This document shows, in pieces, positions 61,174 to 64,000 of a DNA stretch of 64,000 bases. Location: assembly GCA_049418765.1 (NCBI GenBank), contig JBMSJJ010000003.1, positions 4,921-68,920 of the forward strand, read 5' to 3'. Position numbers and translations under genes: made by a program. Every line of letters begins with the position of its first letter. Position 1 is the first letter of the stretch. The notes beneath the pieces were generated by a model. That model made no database searches, was not told the DNA's origin, and saw nothing but the letters and a program-made list of their open reading frames with translations. The DNA comes from Rickettsiales bacterium. Its GTDB lineage: Bacteria; Pseudomonadota; Alphaproteobacteria; Rickettsiales; UBA1997.

Positions 61174-62346
61174 CTAAATATCCAAAACTAATCTTCTTGG
61201 ATCTTCTAATAATTCTTTGATGCGAACAAGGAAAGTTACGGCCTCTTTGCCATCGATAATTCTATGATCATAAGATAAGGCAAGATACATCATTGGTCGG
61301 ATTTTAATTTCGCCATTTATGACCATTGGTCTTTCTTGAATTTTATGCATACCCAAAATCCCTGATTGCGGAGGATTTATAATTGGGGTTGACATTAATG
61401 AGCCATAAACTCCACCATTAGAAATTGTAAAAGTAGCACCAGCTAAATCTGGTAAGGTAAGTTTGCCATCTCTAGCTTTAGTTCCAAGTTCGGCAATGCC
61501 CTTTTCAATTCCTGCTAAATTTAATTTATTGGCATCTCTTAAAACTGGAACAACTAGACCTTGCGGGGAGCCAACGGCAACTCCAATATCATAAAAATTT
61601 TTATAAATAATATCGGTTCCGTCAATTTCGGCATTAACTGCAGGAATTTCTTTTAAGGCCTGGATTGAGGCTTTCACAAAAAACGACATGAAACCGAGTT
61701 TAACGCCATGCTTTTTTTCAAATATTTCTTTATATTCGTTGCGAAGCGACATAATTGCCGACATATCAACTTCATTGAAAGTTGTTAAAATCGCTGCGGT
61801 ATTTTGTGATTCTTTCAATCTTTCTGCAATTTTTTGACGAAGTTTTGACATCTTCACCCTTTCAACAGGCTTAGCATTTGAAGCGACTGGAGTGTTGGTT
61901 TGATTTGGATTAGCTATTGCATTTAAAACATCACCTTTGGTAACGCGACCATCTTTTCCTGATCCAGAAATTTGGGTAGTATCGATGTTATTTTCAATTG
62001 CCAATTTTTTTGGAGCTGGCGAAAGTAAATGCGATGATGAATTTTGGCCAGAATTAGAAACATTAGCATTTGCTTGAGCCGGATTTGGTGCTTTAACTGC
62101 AACCACCCCACCCTCTTGCATGATGGCAACTAAATCGCCAACTTTAACGCTGTCTCCTTCTTTTACTTTTAATTCAGCAATAACGCCATTTGCCGGAGCA
62201 TTGACTTCGAGAGTTACTTTATCGGTTTCAAGTTCAACGATAATTTCATCGGCCTTGACTGCGTCGCCGACTTTTTTGTGAAGTTTGGCAATAGAAGCTT
62301 CTGAGACTGACTCGCCCAGTGCTGGAACTTTAATTTCAATTGACAT
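61174..62346 (-). CDS. sucB: 2-oxoglutarate dehydrogenase E2 (dihydrolipoyllysine-residue succinyltransferase)
   Basis: Lipoyl domain ...[11 protein letters not shown]..., a PSBD (LSPAPKKLA...[13 protein letters not shown]), and a catalytic domain ending ...[14 protein letters not shown]. Confidence 0.9.
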   Translation of the reverse strand: MSIEIKVPALGESVSEASIAKLHKKVGDAVKADEIIVELETDKVTLEVNAPANGVIAELKVKEGDSVKVGDLVAIMQEGGVVAVKAPNPAQANANVSNSGQNSSSHLLSPAPKKLAIENNIDTTQISGSGKDGRVTKGDVLNAIANPNQTNTPVASNAKPVERVKMSKLRQKIAERLKESQNTAAILTTFNEVDMSAIMSLRNEYKEIFEKKHGVKLGFMSFFVKASIQALKEIPAVNAEIDGTDIIYKNFYDIGVAVGSPQGLVVPVLRDANKLNLAGIEKGIAELGTKARDGKLTLPDLAGATFTISNGGVYGSLMSTPIINPPQSGILGMHKIQERPMVINGEIKIRPMMYLALSYDHRIIDGKEAVTFLVRIKELLEDPRRLVLDI

Positions 62347-62654
62347 ATTTTAAAATATTTTAGTTGGTTTGGTAAATTTTATATTCACGATTTAGATTTT
62401 ATTATTTTGGAAAAATTTTATCAATGTTTTTTTAATATCGCCGTAATTTGACTCAATTTTTTTATTTTCTAAAATTTTATAGATTTTTTATTGATTTATC
62501 ATATTTCTTTTATAGTTTTTTAATAAATATTTAAAATAATTTTAATATTATGATTAATAAATCCTATTGCCAATCTTATCAATGCCTGATTTGTCTTCGG
62601 ACATAGATTTCTTTATTTGTGCACCACATTTTTATAAAAAAAACAATATAAAAT

Positions 62655-64000
62655 ATGACAATTATCGAAAGTAGAATTAAACAACTCACCAGTGTTTTTG
62701 GGGTTTACAATAAAATGTCAAGCGAGGAACAAAGTTTTAGCATCAATTATATCAGCGAATTTTTAACTAGCGCCAGTTTATTGCAAAAAATTTCTGGTGA
62801 TGAAAATTTAAAAGAACAACTCGATTTATTTCAAGAAAATTTTCAAAGAAATTTCGGGGCGGATTTAAGAAAATTAGGGGCATCGGATTTACCTGAAAAT
62901 TTGGTAAAAATTTCTCAAGAGATCAGGAAAATTGATGATACCGATTTATCGCTTGATGAAAAAAGGGCAAAGGTTACAGAAATTTTTTCAAAACATCATT
63001 TATCGCGAGATAAATTTGTAGAAAAAATTAGCGAACAAACACAAAATAAATACCAATTCGCCCATTTGAGAAATGCGCTAAATTATGGCGAATATGTCGA
63101 TTTTTTGGCAACAGAAATATCAACCAATCCAGAGAATAAAGCCATTGATGACGAACTAAAAAGCAATCTTAGAACCATCCAAACCACCGATAATGAATTA
63201 GATTTTTTTAAAAGTTTAGTTACCATAAATCAGCTTTTGGATTTAACGAAAAATTTTGATAAATTGCAAGTTAGATTCAATCTTGACGGCATGGAAGAAC
63301 ATAGCCTGATCAATCAAAGCACACAATTTCGTTCAAATCTTGACCAAAGTCAATTGCTTAAACGCATTGAAAATGAACAGGGAGAAGATTTTGACAAAAA
63401 AACCAGTGTTTTTTTTAAAAAAATTCAAGAACTTAAAAAAAATCAAAAGATTCAACAAACTATCAGCCAAAGCCCAGTTTCCGAAAAATCAATTCCACAA
63501 ATTACCCTTGGATTTGAAATGGAATCAATTATCACCGCCAAAGGGGGATTAAGCGAGCAAAAAAAATTCTTGCAAACTGAAAATAATTTTCAAAAAATTA
63601 TCTACAACACTGCAGATCTTGATTCAAGAGCTAAAATGAGGGAAACTTACGGCTTTTCTTCTGAAAAAATCGGCAGAAATATCAATCCTTTAATTATTTA
63701 CAGCGAGTCGGAAATTGAAGGTTTTGATAGGCTAAATTATGAAAAAAATCGAGAAAAAATCGATGTCGTAAAAAAATTTTTAGAACAAGAAAAAGCTAAA
63801 TATGGCGAGGATAATAAAAAAATTTTTAATGATGCCATTAAAAATATCGGCTTACTTACCAAGGAAGAAATTTATTTTTTAGAATTATTTTATGTAAAAA
63901 AAGACCAAGCTAAAAATCATAAATTAACCATGGATGATGTTTTTGATTGGAGAGATAGCGAACAATATTATCAAGAAAAACTATTAACTACTCTAAAAGA
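62655..64000 (+). CDS. 5' part of a large ORFan running out of the window
   Basis: ATG at 62655. The frame stays open for 448 codons to the window edge (checked codon by codon): MTIIESRIKQLTSVFG.... It is Lys/Glu/Asn-rich, and no family was recognised. It is absent from the supplied ORF track because no stop lies inside the window. Confidence 0.5.
   Translation, partial: MTIIESRIKQLTSVFGVYNKMSSEEQSFSINYISEFLTSASLLQKISGDENLKEQLDLFQENFQRNFGADLRKLGASDLPENLVKISQEIRKIDDTDLSLDEKRAKVTEIFSKHHLSRDKFVEKISEQTQNKYQFAHLRNALNYGEYVDFLATEISTNPENKAIDDELKSNLRTIQTTDNELDFFKSLVTINQLLDLTKNFDKLQVRFNLDGMEEHSLINQSTQFRSNLDQSQLLKRIENEQGEDFDKKTSVFFKKIQELKKNQKIQQTISQSPVSEKSIPQITLGFEMESIITAKGGLSEQKKFLQTENNFQKIIYNTADLDSRAKMRETYGFSSEKIGRNINPLIIYSESEIEGFDRLNYEKNREKIDVVKKFLEQEKAKYGEDNKKIFNDAIKNIGLLTKEEIYFLELFYVKKDQAKNHKLTMDDVFDWRDSEQYYQEKLLTTLK

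Overview
This is a strongly AT-rich, gene-dense bacterial chromosome segment (about 30% G+C by eye, not computed). It uses the standard code, with TGA as a stop. Several hallmarks place it in the Alphaproteobacteria, most likely a host-associated Rickettsiales- or Holosporales-like lineage. These are a circularly permuted two-piece tmRNA gene with an ANDNFA... tag, an alpha-type SspB, RpoH with an RpoH box, Pal/TolC envelope genes, and a 16S rRNA carrying the ...AGATAATGACGGTA... segment. The 16S gene stands alone, with no ITS tRNAs and no 23S after it. More than 30 intact conserved genes are present, among them ggt, rlmJ, hisA, gcvPA, gcvPB, rpoH, ribE, ribBA, pabB, tpiA, rnd, pal, murE, pyrF, plsY, sspB, a half-size carB, xthA, bioB, holA, tilS, TolC-RND, pntAB, thiC, tig, dapE and sucB. 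They are interleaved with lineage-specific ORFans. Several of the ORFans are broken by single-base frameshifts, mostly in A/T homopolymers. The most interesting items are listed here:
- the permuted ssrA with a 21-residue internally repeated tag, placed directly upstream of sspB
- a BIME-like cluster of GC-rich palindromic elements, including two identical 133-bp direct repeats, in the space where an ITS and 23S would normally be
- a frameshifted YopJ-family (C55) effector-like gene
- two divergent DUF4160-DUF2442 two-gene modules inserted between gcvPA and gcvPB
- three paralogous prepilin-leader + LamG-like proteins with a non-canonical Ala(-1) cleavage site
- a relic C5-cytosine methyltransferase and a GmrSD-like DUF262/DUF1524 gene

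Many operons that are usually contiguous appear here as orphaned single genes. All family assignments rest on motif recognition by eye and from memory. No database search was run.
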